From: Thermoanaerobaculia bacterium
Lineage (GTDB): Bacteria; Acidobacteriota; Thermoanaerobaculia; Multivoradales; Multivoraceae
NCBI GenBank assembly: GCA_963664405.1
Contig: OY761158.1
Coordinates: 4,672,001-4,736,000 of the forward strand
DNA length: 64,000 nucleotides
Direction: 5' to 3'
Position numbers and translations under genes: made by a program. How positions within the stretch are numbered: the stretch's first letter is position 1; each line of letters begins with the position of its first letter. Under the pieces are notes generated by a model that was not told where the DNA came from, ran no database searches, and saw only the letters and a program-made list of their open reading frames with translations. This document shows positions 42,366-51,818 of this stretch, one piece after another.

Positions 42366-42818
42366 GTGCGCCGCATCTCGATCGTCGGATGCCCGGGCTC
42401 CGGCAAGACAACCGTAGCCCGGCGTCTCGCCGAAATCCTGAATCTCGAGCACGTCGAGCTCGACAGCGTCTTTCACCAGCCGAACTGGGAGCCGCTCCCC
42501 AGCGATGAGTTCCAGTGCCGCGTCGAGCTCCGCTTACGAAGCGATGGCTGGGTTTGCGACGGAAACTACCAGAGCGCCCTAACCCGCGAAGTGCTGTGGA
42601 ACGGTAATCGCGAGCCCTTGACCAACTTCACCAGTTGGGACCCGGAGAAGAACGTCATCCGCTGGCCCTGGGTCAAGCACCCGGTGATCAGGGCCCGCTA
42701 CGAGAGAGTTTCGAAGGACGGCACTTTGAACCACCTGGACTTGGTCCGCCTGTAGACCCAGGAGGCCGTCGACGAATGGCTCTGCGTGAACCCTAGGAGT
42801 GCTGACGAGGAGCCTTGA
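42366..42818 (+). pseudogene. Degraded adenylate kinase-like P-loop protein (FlaR/topology-modulation family)
   Basis: GCPGSGKTT, ELDSVFHQPNW, WVCDGNY joined directly to TREVLWNGNRE (middle segment missing); premature TAG 42753-55. Confidence 0.65.
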
Positions 42819-42864
42819 GCGGTTGAGTGGACGCGGCACGAGAGGATGAAGGAGAATTGGCGGC

Positions 42865-44388
42865 GTGCGACCAAGACCATCCTCTCTAGGCGAGCTTCTC
42901 GAACGAGGCGCGGCGGACGATCCCGCTCTGTGCTCGCCCGACCAGAGCCCGCTCAGCTATTCCGGACTGCGCCGTCAAGTTTCTCTCACGGGCGAGACGC
43001 TGGGAAGGCTTGGCATCGGCCCTGGGCAGACTGTGGCCCTGGTCCTCGACAACGGTCCGGCGATGGCGTCCGCGTTTGTGAGCGTGGCGGCGTGCGCCGC
43101 AAGCGCGCCGCTCAACCCCGTCTACCGCGAAGAGGAGCTCGACTTCTATCTCGGGGATTTGGACGCGAGCCTTCTTGTCGTTCAGCCCGGCGCCGGCGAG
43201 GCGGCGCGGGCTGCAGCCTCCAAGCGGGGAATTCCAGTCGCCGAATTGATTGTGCCGGCAGGTGCAGCGGCGGGAGAGTTCGAGCTCGAAGGAGGTGGCG
43301 GAAGAGGTACGGCCGCGACTTCAGAGCAGGGTGGCACGAATTCAGCTCTGCTTCTTCATACTTCGGGCACCACCTCGAGACCGAAGATGGTGCCCCTCTC
43401 CCAACAGAACCTCTGTGCTTCGGCTTCCAACGTCGCCGAGTCGCTGGCACTCACCCCTGGGGACCGATGCCTCAATGTGATGCCTCTCTTTCACATCCAC
43501 GGCCTGGTGGCCGCCCTTCTCGCCTCTCTCGCCGCGGGTGCCTCTACCTTCTGCAGCCCCGGCTTTGATGCGCTGCGCTTCTTTTCCTGGCTCAGCGAGG
43601 CCGGTGCCACCTGGTACACCGCCGTGCCGACGATGCACCAGACCATCCTCGCCCGAGCGGCCCGCAACCGCGAAACTATCGCCGCGGCTCCCCTCCGCTT
43701 TCTCCGCTCTTCCTCGGCTTCTCTGCCGCCCCAGCTCATGGCTGCCCTCGAAGAGTGCTTCGATGCCCCGATGATCGAGGCCTACGGCATGACCGAGGCG
43801 GCTCATCAGATGACGAGCAACCCGCTGCCTCCACTGCCTCGGCAGATGGGCTCGGTCGGCCCCGCCGCGGGCCCCGAAGTGGAGATCATGGACCAGGCCG
43901 GCGAGCTCCTCGCGCGGAGTGAAGTGGGTGAGGTGGTCATCCGCGGCCCCAACGTCACCGCCGGCTATCTGAACAACCCCGAAGCGAACGCCACCGCCTT
44001 CGTCGACGGCTGGTTCCGCACCGGCGATCAGGGTGTGATCGACGAAGACGGCTATCTGCGCCTCACCGGCCGCCTCAAAGAGATCATCAATCGCGGTGGG
44101 GAGAAGATCTCGCCGCGAGAGGTGGACGAGGTGTTGCTCGACCATGAAGCGGTGGCTCAGGTCGTCACCTTCGCACGACCCCATCCCAAGCTGGGGGAGG
44201 ATGTGGCGGCGGCGATCGTGTTGCGCGAGGGGGCCGAGGTGACCCAGGCCGAGATCCGAGCCTTCGCGGGCGAGCGTCTTGCCCCTTTCAAGGTGCCGCG
44301 AAGCGTCCTCTTTGTCGACACCATCCCCAAAGGGCCGACCGGCAAGCTCCAGCGCATCGGACTCGCCGAGAAGCTCGGGCTGACCTAG
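42865..44388 (+). CDS. Oxalate--CoA ligase-like acyl-CoA synthetase (Pcs60/AAE3/Oxs type)
   Basis: HTSGTTSRPK.VPL, TWYTAVPTMHQ, EAYGMTEAAHQM.SNPLPP, TGKLQR. Confidence 0.82.
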   Translation: MRPRPSSLGELLERGAADDPALCSPDQSPLSYSGLRRQVSLTGETLGRLGIGPGQTVALVLDNGPAMASAFVSVAACAASAPLNPVYREEELDFYLGDLDASLLVVQPGAGEAARAAASKRGIPVAELIVPAGAAAGEFELEGGGGRGTAATSEQGGTNSALLLHTSGTTSRPKMVPLSQQNLCASASNVAESLALTPGDRCLNVMPLFHIHGLVAALLASLAAGASTFCSPGFDALRFFSWLSEAGATWYTAVPTMHQTILARAARNRETIAAAPLRFLRSSSASLPPQLMAALEECFDAPMIEAYGMTEAAHQMTSNPLPPLPRQMGSVGPAAGPEVEIMDQAGELLARSEVGEVVIRGPNVTAGYLNNPEANATAFVDGWFRTGDQGVIDEDGYLRLTGRLKEIINRGGEKISPREVDEVLLDHEAVAQVVTFARPHPKLGEDVAAAIVLREGAEVTQAEIRAFAGERLAPFKVPRSVLFVDTIPKGPTGKLQRIGLAEKLGLT

Positions 44389-44397
44389 AGAGTGCCG

Positions 44398-45357
44398 ATG
44401 CGAGTCTGCATCTTCGGCGCCGGCGCCATCGGCTGCTATCTGGGAGTGGAGCTCGATCGGGTCGGAGTCGAGGTCAGCATGGTCGCTCGCGGCGCCCATC
44501 TGGATGCGATGCGCCGGAATGGCGTCGTTCTGCTCAGCGGTGACGATAAACGGGTGGCACCTATTGCGGTCAGCGATTCGGCGGCCGATCTGGGCCCCTG
44601 CGATGCTGTGATCGTCGCCCTCAAAGCGCACTCGGTGCCGGCTGCCGTGGGGTCGATGACGCCTCTGCTCGGTGATGATACGGCGGTTGTAACCGCCCAG
44701 AACGGCATTCCCTGGTGGTACTTCCATACCCTGCCCGGCCCGTGGGAGGGGCGGCACCTGGAGAGCGTGGACCCCGGCGGGAAGATCTGGGACACACTCG
44801 GCCCGGAGCGGGCGATCGGCTGCGTTGTTTACCCCTCGTGCGAGATCGTCGAACCTGGTGTCGTGCGCCATCTCGAGGGTCGGCGCATGATGCTCGGAGA
44901 GCCGGACGACAGTCGCTCAGAGCGTGTTGTGGCTCTCGCCGCCGCCTTCGGGGAAGCGGGGTTCAAGGCTCCAGTGAGACGGAGCATTCGCGACGACATC
45001 TGGCTGAAGCTGTGGGGCAACGTTGCGTTCAATCCTGTGAGCGTGCTCACCGGCGCAACTCTGGGCGAGATGGGTGCTCATGCGCCGACGCGCAAGGTAC
45101 TCCGCAGCATGATGGAAGAGGCGGCGGCGGTGGCGACCCGGCTCGGCGCTCGCTTCGCCGTAGACGTGGAGAAGAGGATCGATTGGGGAGCCGATGTCGG
45201 GGCGCACAAGACTTCGATGCTGCAGGATTTCGAGCGCGGGCGACCGCTCGAGTTAGGGGCGGTAGTTGGAGTCGTATCCGAATTGGGGCGGATGGTAGAA
45301 GCGCCGACACCGATGATTGATGCCGTTCACGCGCTCGTTCAATTACGAATGGGTTGA
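44398..45357 (+). CDS. panE: Ketopantoate reductase family protein (possible oxalyl-CoA reductase, PanE2 type)
   Basis: GAGAIG, QNGIPWWYF, W.KLWGN..FNP.S, HKTSMLQD. Confidence 0.82.
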   Translation: MRVCIFGAGAIGCYLGVELDRVGVEVSMVARGAHLDAMRRNGVVLLSGDDKRVAPIAVSDSAADLGPCDAVIVALKAHSVPAAVGSMTPLLGDDTAVVTAQNGIPWWYFHTLPGPWEGRHLESVDPGGKIWDTLGPERAIGCVVYPSCEIVEPGVVRHLEGRRMMLGEPDDSRSERVVALAAAFGEAGFKAPVRRSIRDDIWLKLWGNVAFNPVSVLTGATLGEMGAHAPTRKVLRSMMEEAAAVATRLGARFAVDVEKRIDWGADVGAHKTSMLQDFERGRPLELGAVVGVVSELGRMVEAPTPMIDAVHALVQLRMG

Positions 45358-45383
45358 CAAGACGGCAGCGCTTGCCTCATCAT
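45354..45383 (+). promoter_or_regulatory. Sigma70-like promoter
   Basis: TTGACA (45354-59), 18-nt spacer, CATCAT (45378-83). Confidence 0.55.
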
Positions 45384-45519
45384 TTCTCCCATAGAAGCTC
45401 CGTCCACATCCGAATGTCGAGTGTGAGACGGCAGTCCCAGGGGGTTTGAGCGGCCTTAGGGGCTGGGCGGTATGGGTGCCGCCGATTTTTGTTTTCGCTC
45501 AGAAAGGAGGTGGTCCAAA

Positions 45520-45561
45520 GTGGATAGTCATAAACGTTTGTTGGAGGTGACCACCTTCTAG
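45520..45561 (+). CDS. 13-aa peptide MDSHKRLLEVTTF
   Basis: GTG start 9 nt after GGAGG of an extended SD; TAG stop; below the ORF-track size cut-off. Confidence 0.5.
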   Translation: MDSHKRLLEVTTF

Positions 45562-45635
45562 GGAACCCGCCGCAAGCGAAGCCTTGAGGTGGGGGTTCCC
45601 CGACGAGGGAACCCATGGTCACCAAGGCAAACACC

Positions 45636-45668
45636 AGCCCCGGTCCTCTCAGGAGGCCGGGGCTTTTT
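45636..45668 (+). terminator. Rho-independent terminator
   Basis: AGCCCCGG...CCGGGGCT stem followed by TTTT. Confidence 0.85.
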
Positions 45669-45760
45669 ACTTTCTGAGGCGGGCCCCCAGAGGTGCCCCC
45701 TCCCCCGCGGCCTGCGATCCATCCCTATGCGCCACGCCTCGATGCTCGCAAAGAGAAGCC

Positions 45761-45822
45761 CCTCCCTTCCCTTACTCCCTTACTCTCTTACTCCTTTACT
45801 TCTTACTCCTCACTCCTCACTC
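45761..45822. repeat. Degenerate 7-8-mer pyrimidine-rich tandem repeat (TTACTCC/TCACTCC)
   Basis: cccttactcccttactctcttactcctttacttcttactcctcactcctcactc. Confidence 0.7.
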
Positions 45823-45827
45823 GCCAA

Positions 45828-46571
45828 TCACGCCATCGTCAGACCGCCGCTCACGGACAGGGTCTGACCCGTGATGTAACCGGCCTCCTCCGAGGCGAGG
45901 AAGACGACGGCGTGGGCGACGTCCCGGGGCTGGCCCAAGCGGCGCATCGGTACAGCGCGGACCATCGAGTTGATCACCTTGTCACCCCCGGAGGAGGCGT
46001 CGACGATGCCCTTGAGTAGCGGCGTGTCGGTGGGTCCTGGGCAGACGGCGTTGGCAGTTATGGCGTAGCGGGCCATTTCTCGTGCGATGGTCTTGGTGAA
46101 GGAGATGAGACCGCCCTTCGCTCCGGAGTAGACGGACTCCAGCGAGGACCCGACTCTGCCGGCATCCGACGCGATGTTGATGATGCGGCCCCAGCCATTG
46201 TCGACCATTGCCGGCAACAGAGCCTTGGTGACCCGCATCGGTCCGGCGAGATTGATATCGAGAACTTTCTGCAGGAAGCTCTCGTCGACATCGAGGAAGG
46301 GCTTGAGCTCGTCCCATCCGGCACAATTGACGCAGATACCCGGCGCGCCGATCGCGGAAGTGACTTCAGCGGCCGCCTCTTCGACGCCGACCGCGTCGGT
46401 CACGTTCAAGGAAACCGCAATACCCCCGATCTCCTCGGCGATCTGGTCGGTCGCCGATCCGGGAAGGTCGGCGACGGCGACACGATGTCCGGCAGCCGCC
46501 AAGCGACGGCAAATCTCGGCGCCGATCCCTCCGGCACCACCGGTGACGAAGGCTACTCGTTGTTCTGTCAT
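45828..46571 (-). CDS. badH: SDR, 2-hydroxycyclohexanecarboxyl-CoA dehydrogenase-like
   Basis: TGGAGGIG, NCAGWD, ASDAGRVGSS.E.VYSGAK, CPGPTDTPL, VSGGLTM; adjacent to badI-like gene. Confidence 0.72.
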   Translation of the reverse strand: MTEQRVAFVTGGAGGIGAEICRRLAAAGHRVAVADLPGSATDQIAEEIGGIAVSLNVTDAVGVEEAAAEVTSAIGAPGICVNCAGWDELKPFLDVDESFLQKVLDINLAGPMRVTKALLPAMVDNGWGRIINIASDAGRVGSSLESVYSGAKGGLISFTKTIAREMARYAITANAVCPGPTDTPLLKGIVDASSGGDKVINSMVRAVPMRRLGQPRDVAHAVVFLASEEAGYITGQTLSVSGGLTMA

Positions 46572-46594
46572 GGATCTCCCTACGCTTCTGGTAC

Positions 46595-47389
46595 TCACCG
46601 GTACTTGGAAAAGTCGGCTTCCCTTTTCTCGTTGAAGGCCTCCACTCCTTCTTTCGCCTCGTCGGTGTCGAGAAAGAGGTCCAGACTGTCGAAAGCCATC
46701 GAGCCGATCCCGGCGATCGATTCGCTGTCGGCGTTGAAAGAATGTTTGAGAACCTTCAATGCGGTGGGACTCTTGTCCAACATCTCGTCTGCCCAACGGC
46801 GAACCTCGGCGCCGAGCTCCGCGTAGGGAACGACCGAGTTGACGAGGCCCCAGCGCTCCATTGTGGCGGCGTCGTAGAGGCGGCACAGATACCAGACCTC
46901 CCGTGCACGTTTTTCACCGAGGATGCGAGCGAGATAGGCGCTGCCGAAGCCGGCGTCGAAGGAGCCGACCCGTGGACCCGCCTGCCCGAAGCGAGCGTGG
47001 TCGGCCGCGATCGTCAGATCGCACAGAACGTGGAGCACATGCCCGCCGCCGACAGCGACGCCGTTGACCGCCGCGATCACCGGCTTGGGGATGTCACGGA
47101 TGAGCCGATGCAGGGTCTCTACCTCGAAGAGGCCACTCTCGGTGGGACCGTAGTCGCCGGTCTCGAGGCGCTGCTTCTGATCGCCTCCGGCGCAGAAAGC
47201 TTTGTCGCCGGCGGCGGTCAGAACCACGACTCCGACCGTCGAGTCCGCCCAGGCGGTCTTGAAGCCGCGGATCAGCTCGTCGATGGTTCTACCGCGAAAC
47301 GAGTTGAATCTCTCGGGGCGATTGATGGTGATGGTGGCGAGGCCGTTCTCGACCTCGTAGAGAGTGTCTTGGAGATCAGGTTTGGTCAC
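46595..47389 (-). CDS. badI: Crotonase, 2-ketocyclohexanecarboxyl-CoA hydrolase-like (MenB-related)
   Basis: AFCAGGDQK, GGGHVLHVLCD, GQAGPRVGSFDAGFG, LK.SFNADSE. Confidence 0.72.
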   Translation of the reverse strand: MTKPDLQDTLYEVENGLATITINRPERFNSFRGRTIDELIRGFKTAWADSTVGVVVLTAAGDKAFCAGGDQKQRLETGDYGPTESGLFEVETLHRLIRDIPKPVIAAVNGVAVGGGHVLHVLCDLTIAADHARFGQAGPRVGSFDAGFGSAYLARILGEKRAREVWYLCRLYDAATMERWGLVNSVVPYAELGAEVRRWADEMLDKSPTALKVLKHSFNADSESIAGIGSMAFDSLDLFLDTDEAKEGVEAFNEKREADFSKYR

Positions 47390-47490
47390 GATGATGGCTC
47401 CTCCGTACTGAACGCACGGAGCATACCGTGCGCTCCTCTGAGGTCCGCTCGTCTAGTGGGGTAGGTTTCTCCACCCCATCGAGGCACTGG

Positions 47491-48819
47491 CTACTTCGCG
47501 AGGAGTGACGCGCGTACGATCTCGTTGTCGTTGCGGATCACGATATGACCGTTGGCATAGGCTGGGTGCACCCAGTTGACAGCGCCCCGCTCGCGACGGG
47601 CGCGAAGACCGTTGGAATTGGTCGGCTCGATGAGCTCGGTGCGGTCGATCTCGTCGTAGCCGGTGGGGGAGAGCCGAGCGAGGATGAGCTCACCGCGGTC
47701 GTTGGAGATGAAGTAGCGATCGCCGTTCTTGACCAGAAAGGCGTTGGCGATGCGCGCATCCTCGGAGGGCTCGGCGGTCTTCCAGAGCTCCTTGCCGGTG
47801 GCGGCATCGAGGCAGCGCAGGTGACCGATGCCGCCGACGCCGTAGACGTAGTCGCCGTCGAAGAAAGGGGTGGAGAGGAAGGCATGAATGCCCTCGACGT
47901 CCGCCTTGCTCGTGCTCTTCCCCTGCCATACGATGCGCGCCTTCGGCGCTTTCTCCTCGAGCAGTATCAGGGTGCTGCCGTGGGAGGCGGAAGAAACCAG
48001 CAGCCGGTTGCCGTCGACGATCGGGGTGGAGATGGTCTGACCCATGTCGACCTTGTAGGGGAATTCCCAGTTCACTCGGCCGGATGCGGGCTCGAGCGAG
48101 CGGATGGCTTCGGGAGACCAGATGATGAGCTGCTGCGTACCGCCGGCGGTGACCATGAAAGGAGGCGCGTAGCCCGGCTGCGTAACGGTGGGCAGGGCGC
48201 GCCATACTTCCTTGCCGGTGTTCTTGTCGAGCGCCATCGCCAGCGCATCGGGCTCTCCGCCGACCAGTAGCAGCAGGCGCTCACCGTCGACCAGCGGTGC
48301 CCCGACCATGCCCCACGGAGGCACCTCGGCGGCGAAGTCGGCGACATAGTCGCGACTCCAGACGACACCCCCGTCGGCACTGCGTAGGCAGAAGAGCTTG
48401 CCGGTCGAGCCGAGGACGTAGACTCGATCTCCGTCTACCGTCGGAGTCGCTCGGGGGCCGTTCGCGTACACCGGCTGAAGCCCTCGGGTCGAGATCGACC
48501 ATTCGTGCTCCCACAGTGTCTTTCCGCTCTCCTCGTCGAGCGCGAGCACGCGCTCGATTCCGTCGCTCCCCTCGGTGCGTCTCCAGTCGGTGACGAACAC
48601 TCGTCCGGCCGCTACGGCCGGCCCTCCATAGCCTGCCCCCACCGGCACCCGCCACTTGACTTTCAATCCATCGGACGGGAAGCGCTCGAGGAGACCGGTC
48701 TCGTTCCACACTCCGAGTCGGCCTTCCCCTCTCCACTCGGGCCAGTCGTTTCCGCGAGCGCCCCAGGTGGTGAGGATCGCAGTCATGGCAAGGCAGAATC
48801 CGATCGGTGTCTTCGGCAT
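47491..48819 (-). CDS. Secreted PQQ-like (BamB-type) beta-propeller protein
   Basis: Signal peptide; DWPEWRG.GR, GPRATP.VDG, W.HPAYANG. Confidence 0.8.
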   Translation of the reverse strand: MPKTPIGFCLAMTAILTTWGARGNDWPEWRGEGRLGVWNETGLLERFPSDGLKVKWRVPVGAGYGGPAVAAGRVFVTDWRRTEGSDGIERVLALDEESGKTLWEHEWSISTRGLQPVYANGPRATPTVDGDRVYVLGSTGKLFCLRSADGGVVWSRDYVADFAAEVPPWGMVGAPLVDGERLLLLVGGEPDALAMALDKNTGKEVWRALPTVTQPGYAPPFMVTAGGTQQLIIWSPEAIRSLEPASGRVNWEFPYKVDMGQTISTPIVDGNRLLVSSASHGSTLILLEEKAPKARIVWQGKSTSKADVEGIHAFLSTPFFDGDYVYGVGGIGHLRCLDAATGKELWKTAEPSEDARIANAFLVKNGDRYFISNDRGELILARLSPTGYDEIDRTELIEPTNSNGLRARRERGAVNWVHPAYANGHIVIRNDNEIVRASLLAK

Positions 48820-48841
48820 GGTGTTCCCCTTTCGGCTGGTT

Positions 48842-49192
48842 CTAATGATCGTGCCCGTGAGGGCGCTCCGCGAAGTCTCGAGCGTGCGCCTCCAGTTCTG
48901 ATGCGAGGCAGATTCCCTTCTGCTCTAGGAGGATCTCCAAAGCAGTCTGCCATCGCTCGTAGTATCTGAATTCGCTCTCCTCATTCTGATGGGCCAGTTC
49001 CCAGGCGCCGATCTCCTCGATCAGCTCGTGTTGGAACTCCCGCCACAAGAACAGGTTCCGTTCCAGCAGCGCCAGGGTGACGCCGAAGAGGCGACTCTCC
49101 CACGGTGCCGCGAACACAAGCTCTCCGTTGGAGCGCGGAGGGGCCGCGGGTCCGGCGATCGGAAGGCCGGTCTCTGCAACCGCTTCAGCCAT
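48842..49192 (-). CDS. Nitrile hydratase accessory protein
   Basis: [25 protein letters not shown], His-rich tail HGHDH. Confidence 0.88.
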   Translation of the reverse strand: MAEAVAETGLPIAGPAAPPRSNGELVFAAPWESRLFGVTLALLERNLFLWREFQHELIEEIGAWELAHQNEESEFRYYERWQTALEILLEQKGICLASELEAHARDFAERPHGHDH

Positions 49193-49790
49193 CGCTTCCC
49201 GGTGTACTGACGGTGCCGACCCCGATCATCGCGTCGCGACCGATGATCGTGGCGAGCTCCTCCTCGGTCATTGCCTCGGTGCCCTGCGGACGCTGAGGGA
49301 GGACCATGTAGCGGACTTCGGCGCTCGAGTCCCACACTCGTACCTCCGTTGTCTCGGGCAGGTCGAGCCCCATCTCGTGGAGCACGCGGCGAGGCTCGCG
49401 AACGACCCGTGAGCGGTAGGCGGGCTCCTTGTACCAGCTCGGTGGCAGGCCGAGGACCGCCCACGGGTAACAGGAGCAGAGAGTGCAAACCACGACGTTG
49501 TGGACTTGGTCGGTATTCTCTTTGACCTCGAGGCGGTCCATCTGCGGCCCCTCGAAGCCGAGCTCGGCGATCGCGGCGTTGCCGTCCGCGAGTAGCCGCT
49601 CGCGGAACTGCGGATCGGTCCAGGCCTTGGCTACCACCTGCGCCCCTCGCATGGGGCCGATGTCCTCTTCGTAGCGGCGGATGATCTTGTCGATTTCGGC
49701 GGAGTCGATCAGCCCCTTTTCGCGCAGCAGTGACTCGAGAGCTTCGGTACGAAGCTCGGCAGACGAAGGATCGTGGGTGTGCTCACTCAT
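49185..49790 (-). CDS. nthA: Nitrile hydratase alpha subunit (cobalt type)
   Basis: [11 protein letters not shown] metal motif, WYK...[19 protein letters not shown]. Confidence 0.95.
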   Translation of the reverse strand: MSEHTHDPSSAELRTEALESLLREKGLIDSAEIDKIIRRYEEDIGPMRGAQVVAKAWTDPQFRERLLADGNAAIAELGFEGPQMDRLEVKENTDQVHNVVVCTLCSCYPWAVLGLPPSWYKEPAYRSRVVREPRRVLHEMGLDLPETTEVRVWDSSAEVRYMVLPQRPQGTEAMTEEELATIIGRDAMIGVGTVSTPGSDG

Positions 49791-50454
49791 GGCTTGGCTC
49801 CAAGTAGCTTTCGAAGAGGTCTAAGTAGATCTGACTCTGCGCCTCGGCGTCGTTGCCCCATAGCTCCTCGCCGCTGAAGCGAACGCTGTAGAGGTGCTGA
49901 GGATTCTCACCCAGATCGTGGGCGTTGGTGTCCGGAAACACGCATGCTGGGTAGATCGCGGCTACAGCCCCCTGCTTCCCTTTCGCATACCCCGGTAGGC
50001 GGGTGTGGCCGGAGGGGTGCATATTGCGGGCTCTCACGGCTGTTCCCGGCTCGAAGCGCGGCTGCTGGGCGACCTCGCGGAAGGCGGTGCCCCCTCCTCC
50101 ACGCTTCGCCTCGATCTTGCCCCCGGTGGCGGAGGAGGGAGTGAGTGGCTCGCCCGCGGCGAGCGCCCGCGAGCGCTCCACGAGCTCGCTCGCTTCGAGG
50201 ATTCCCTCTTCGACGAGAAGCTGCTCCAGGCTTGCGAGCCAGCGCCCGTAATAGCCGGCACCCAGGTAGGTCAGAGCGTCGAGACGCTCGATCGAGTGTC
50301 GGAACTTGTCGATCTTGAGGCCAAGCCTCCCGCGCGCCAGGCCGGTGATGACATGGGTACGGGCCTGCCACGCTTCTTTGAACAGAGGCGCATCGACTTC
50401 GACCTCGATAGGCCCGAATCCGTGCATGCCGCCGAGGTCGTGAATTCCGTCCAT
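49783..50454 (-). CDS. nthB: Nitrile hydratase beta subunit
   Basis: [39 protein letters not shown]. Confidence 0.95.
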   Translation of the reverse strand: MDGIHDLGGMHGFGPIEVEVDAPLFKEAWQARTHVITGLARGRLGLKIDKFRHSIERLDALTYLGAGYYGRWLASLEQLLVEEGILEASELVERSRALAAGEPLTPSSATGGKIEAKRGGGGTAFREVAQQPRFEPGTAVRARNMHPSGHTRLPGYAKGKQGAVAAIYPACVFPDTNAHDLGENPQHLYSVRFSGEELWGNDAEAQSQIYLDLFESYLEPSHE

Positions 50455-50522
50455 GACGTAGCTTCCAACTATATCGCCCTGGCGAGGCCGTCGGGCAGAG
50501 CCGCTGCTATGCTGCAGCACCG

Positions 50523-51818
50523 ATGCGCTGGCCCGGCCTCTGTAAGAGCCTTCTCCCGGGATTGCTCGCCCTCTTCTTTCTCGCCGCCCCGGCATCCTCG
50601 AACTGGCCGCATTGGCGCGGGCCCGATGCTCTCGGTGTGTCCGCGGAAGAGGATCTGCCGCGCCGCTGGGACCCGGAGGCGGAGGGCTCGTGGAAGATCC
50701 CGCTGCCGGGGATGGCGACCTCGACTCCGATCGTCTGGGGAGATACTGTTTTTCTGACCTCTCAGGTCGGCAGGGCTCCTCTTCAGACCCGTGATCCTCT
50801 CAACTCGGTCGAGGCGGGGGACGAGCGGCTGGTCTTCGTGGTCCAGGCCATACACCGGCAGGACGGCCGTGAGTTGTGGCGGGTCGAGCTCCCCTCCGCG
50901 GGAGAGCACCAGCCGGTCCATCTCAAGCACAATCTGGCGACTCCGAGCCCGGTCACCGACGGTGAGCGCTTGATCGTCTGGTTCGGCACCGGTTTGGTGC
51001 TGTGTCTGGATCTCGAGGGTCGAGAGCTGTGGCGCCGGGATCTCGCGACCGACTACGGCCCTTTCGAGATCCTTTGGGCGCACGGCAGCTCGCCGGTGCT
51101 TCACCGCGGCACCGTCATCTTGCTCTGCGATCACACCCCTGCCGGCTATCTGCTCGCGCTCGACAAGAAGACGGGTGAGACCCTGTGGCGAACCGAGCGC
51201 GGCCCCGAGAAGAGGTCCTACTCGACTCCCTTTATCATGCCTCATGGGTCCGGCGAAGCGGTGGTGGTGAGCTCCGATCAGCGCATCGATATTTACTCCG
51301 CCGAGAACGGCGAGCTTCTCTCCTTCGCGGGGCAGCCCGCCCGTGTTCCGGTGTCGTCGCCAGTGTGGGCCGATGGCGTTCTCTACACCAGCCGTGGCTA
51401 TCGCAGTGGCCCCTACCTGGCGCTCCGGCTGCCCGAGGGTCGGGGTCCCCAGGAAGCTGAGGTGTTGTGGAGAGTAGCGACCGGAGCTCCCTACGTTTCC
51501 TCGCTTCTCTTCTACCGCGGTCTGATTTATATGGCCACCGAATCCGGCGTAGTGAGCGCTGTTGACCCTGCCGACGGCACCACGGTCTGGAAGGAGAGAC
51601 TTGGCGGCAACTTCTCCGCCTCGCCGGTTGGCGCGGATGGCAACGTCTATCTTCTCAACGAAGAGGGCGAGCTCTTCGTCATCGCCGCCGGCCGGAGCTT
51701 CCAGCTGGTGGAGAAGAGCGAGCTGGGGGAGAGAACATTGGCATCCCCGGCTATCTCAGGCGGAAAGATCTTCGTTCGTTCGGACGCCCACCTCTTCGCC
51801 CTTGGCGGTACTAGCTGA
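50523..51818 (+). CDS. Secreted PQQ-like beta-propeller protein
   Basis: NWPHWRGP, STPIVWGD.VFLT, A.PSPVTDG, ASPAIS.G. Confidence 0.8.
   Translation: MRWPGLCKSLLPGLLALFFLAAPASSNWPHWRGPDALGVSAEEDLPRRWDPEAEGSWKIPLPGMATSTPIVWGDTVFLTSQVGRAPLQTRDPLNSVEAGDERLVFVVQAIHRQDGRELWRVELPSAGEHQPVHLKHNLATPSPVTDGERLIVWFGTGLVLCLDLEGRELWRRDLATDYGPFEILWAHGSSPVLHRGTVILLCDHTPAGYLLALDKKTGETLWRTERGPEKRSYSTPFIMPHGSGEAVVVSSDQRIDIYSAENGELLSFAGQPARVPVSSPVWADGVLYTSRGYRSGPYLALRLPEGRGPQEAEVLWRVATGAPYVSSLLFYRGLIYMATESGVVSAVDPADGTTVWKERLGGNFSASPVGADGNVYLLNEEGELFVIAAGRSFQLVEKSELGERTLASPAISGGKIFVRSDAHLFALGGTS

Larger units (their letters stand above)
45390..45668 (+). ncRNA. Putative stand-alone structured RNA with extended SD and mini-ORF (family not recognised)
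   Basis: Promoter upstream, intrinsic terminator downstream, several stems, AGAAAGGAGGTGGTCCA at 45501-17. Confidence 0.55.

Noticed and set aside
43342-44871. 509-aa minus-strand ORF (and similar long shadows such as 20492-22051)
   Set aside because: Antisense to well-supported genes; expected at high GC
45501-45517. 16S rRNA gene fragment on the minus strand
   Set aside because: Similarity is limited to 17 nt; flanks do not resemble rRNA or ITS
45390-45668. tmRNA, RNase P, SRP RNA or a known riboswitch
   Set aside because: No tRNA-like ends or Ala-ending tag, no RNase P or SRP consensus recognised, and no downstream gene to regulate
46595-47389. menB
   Set aside because: No men genes nearby; adjacency to a badH-like SDR favours BadI
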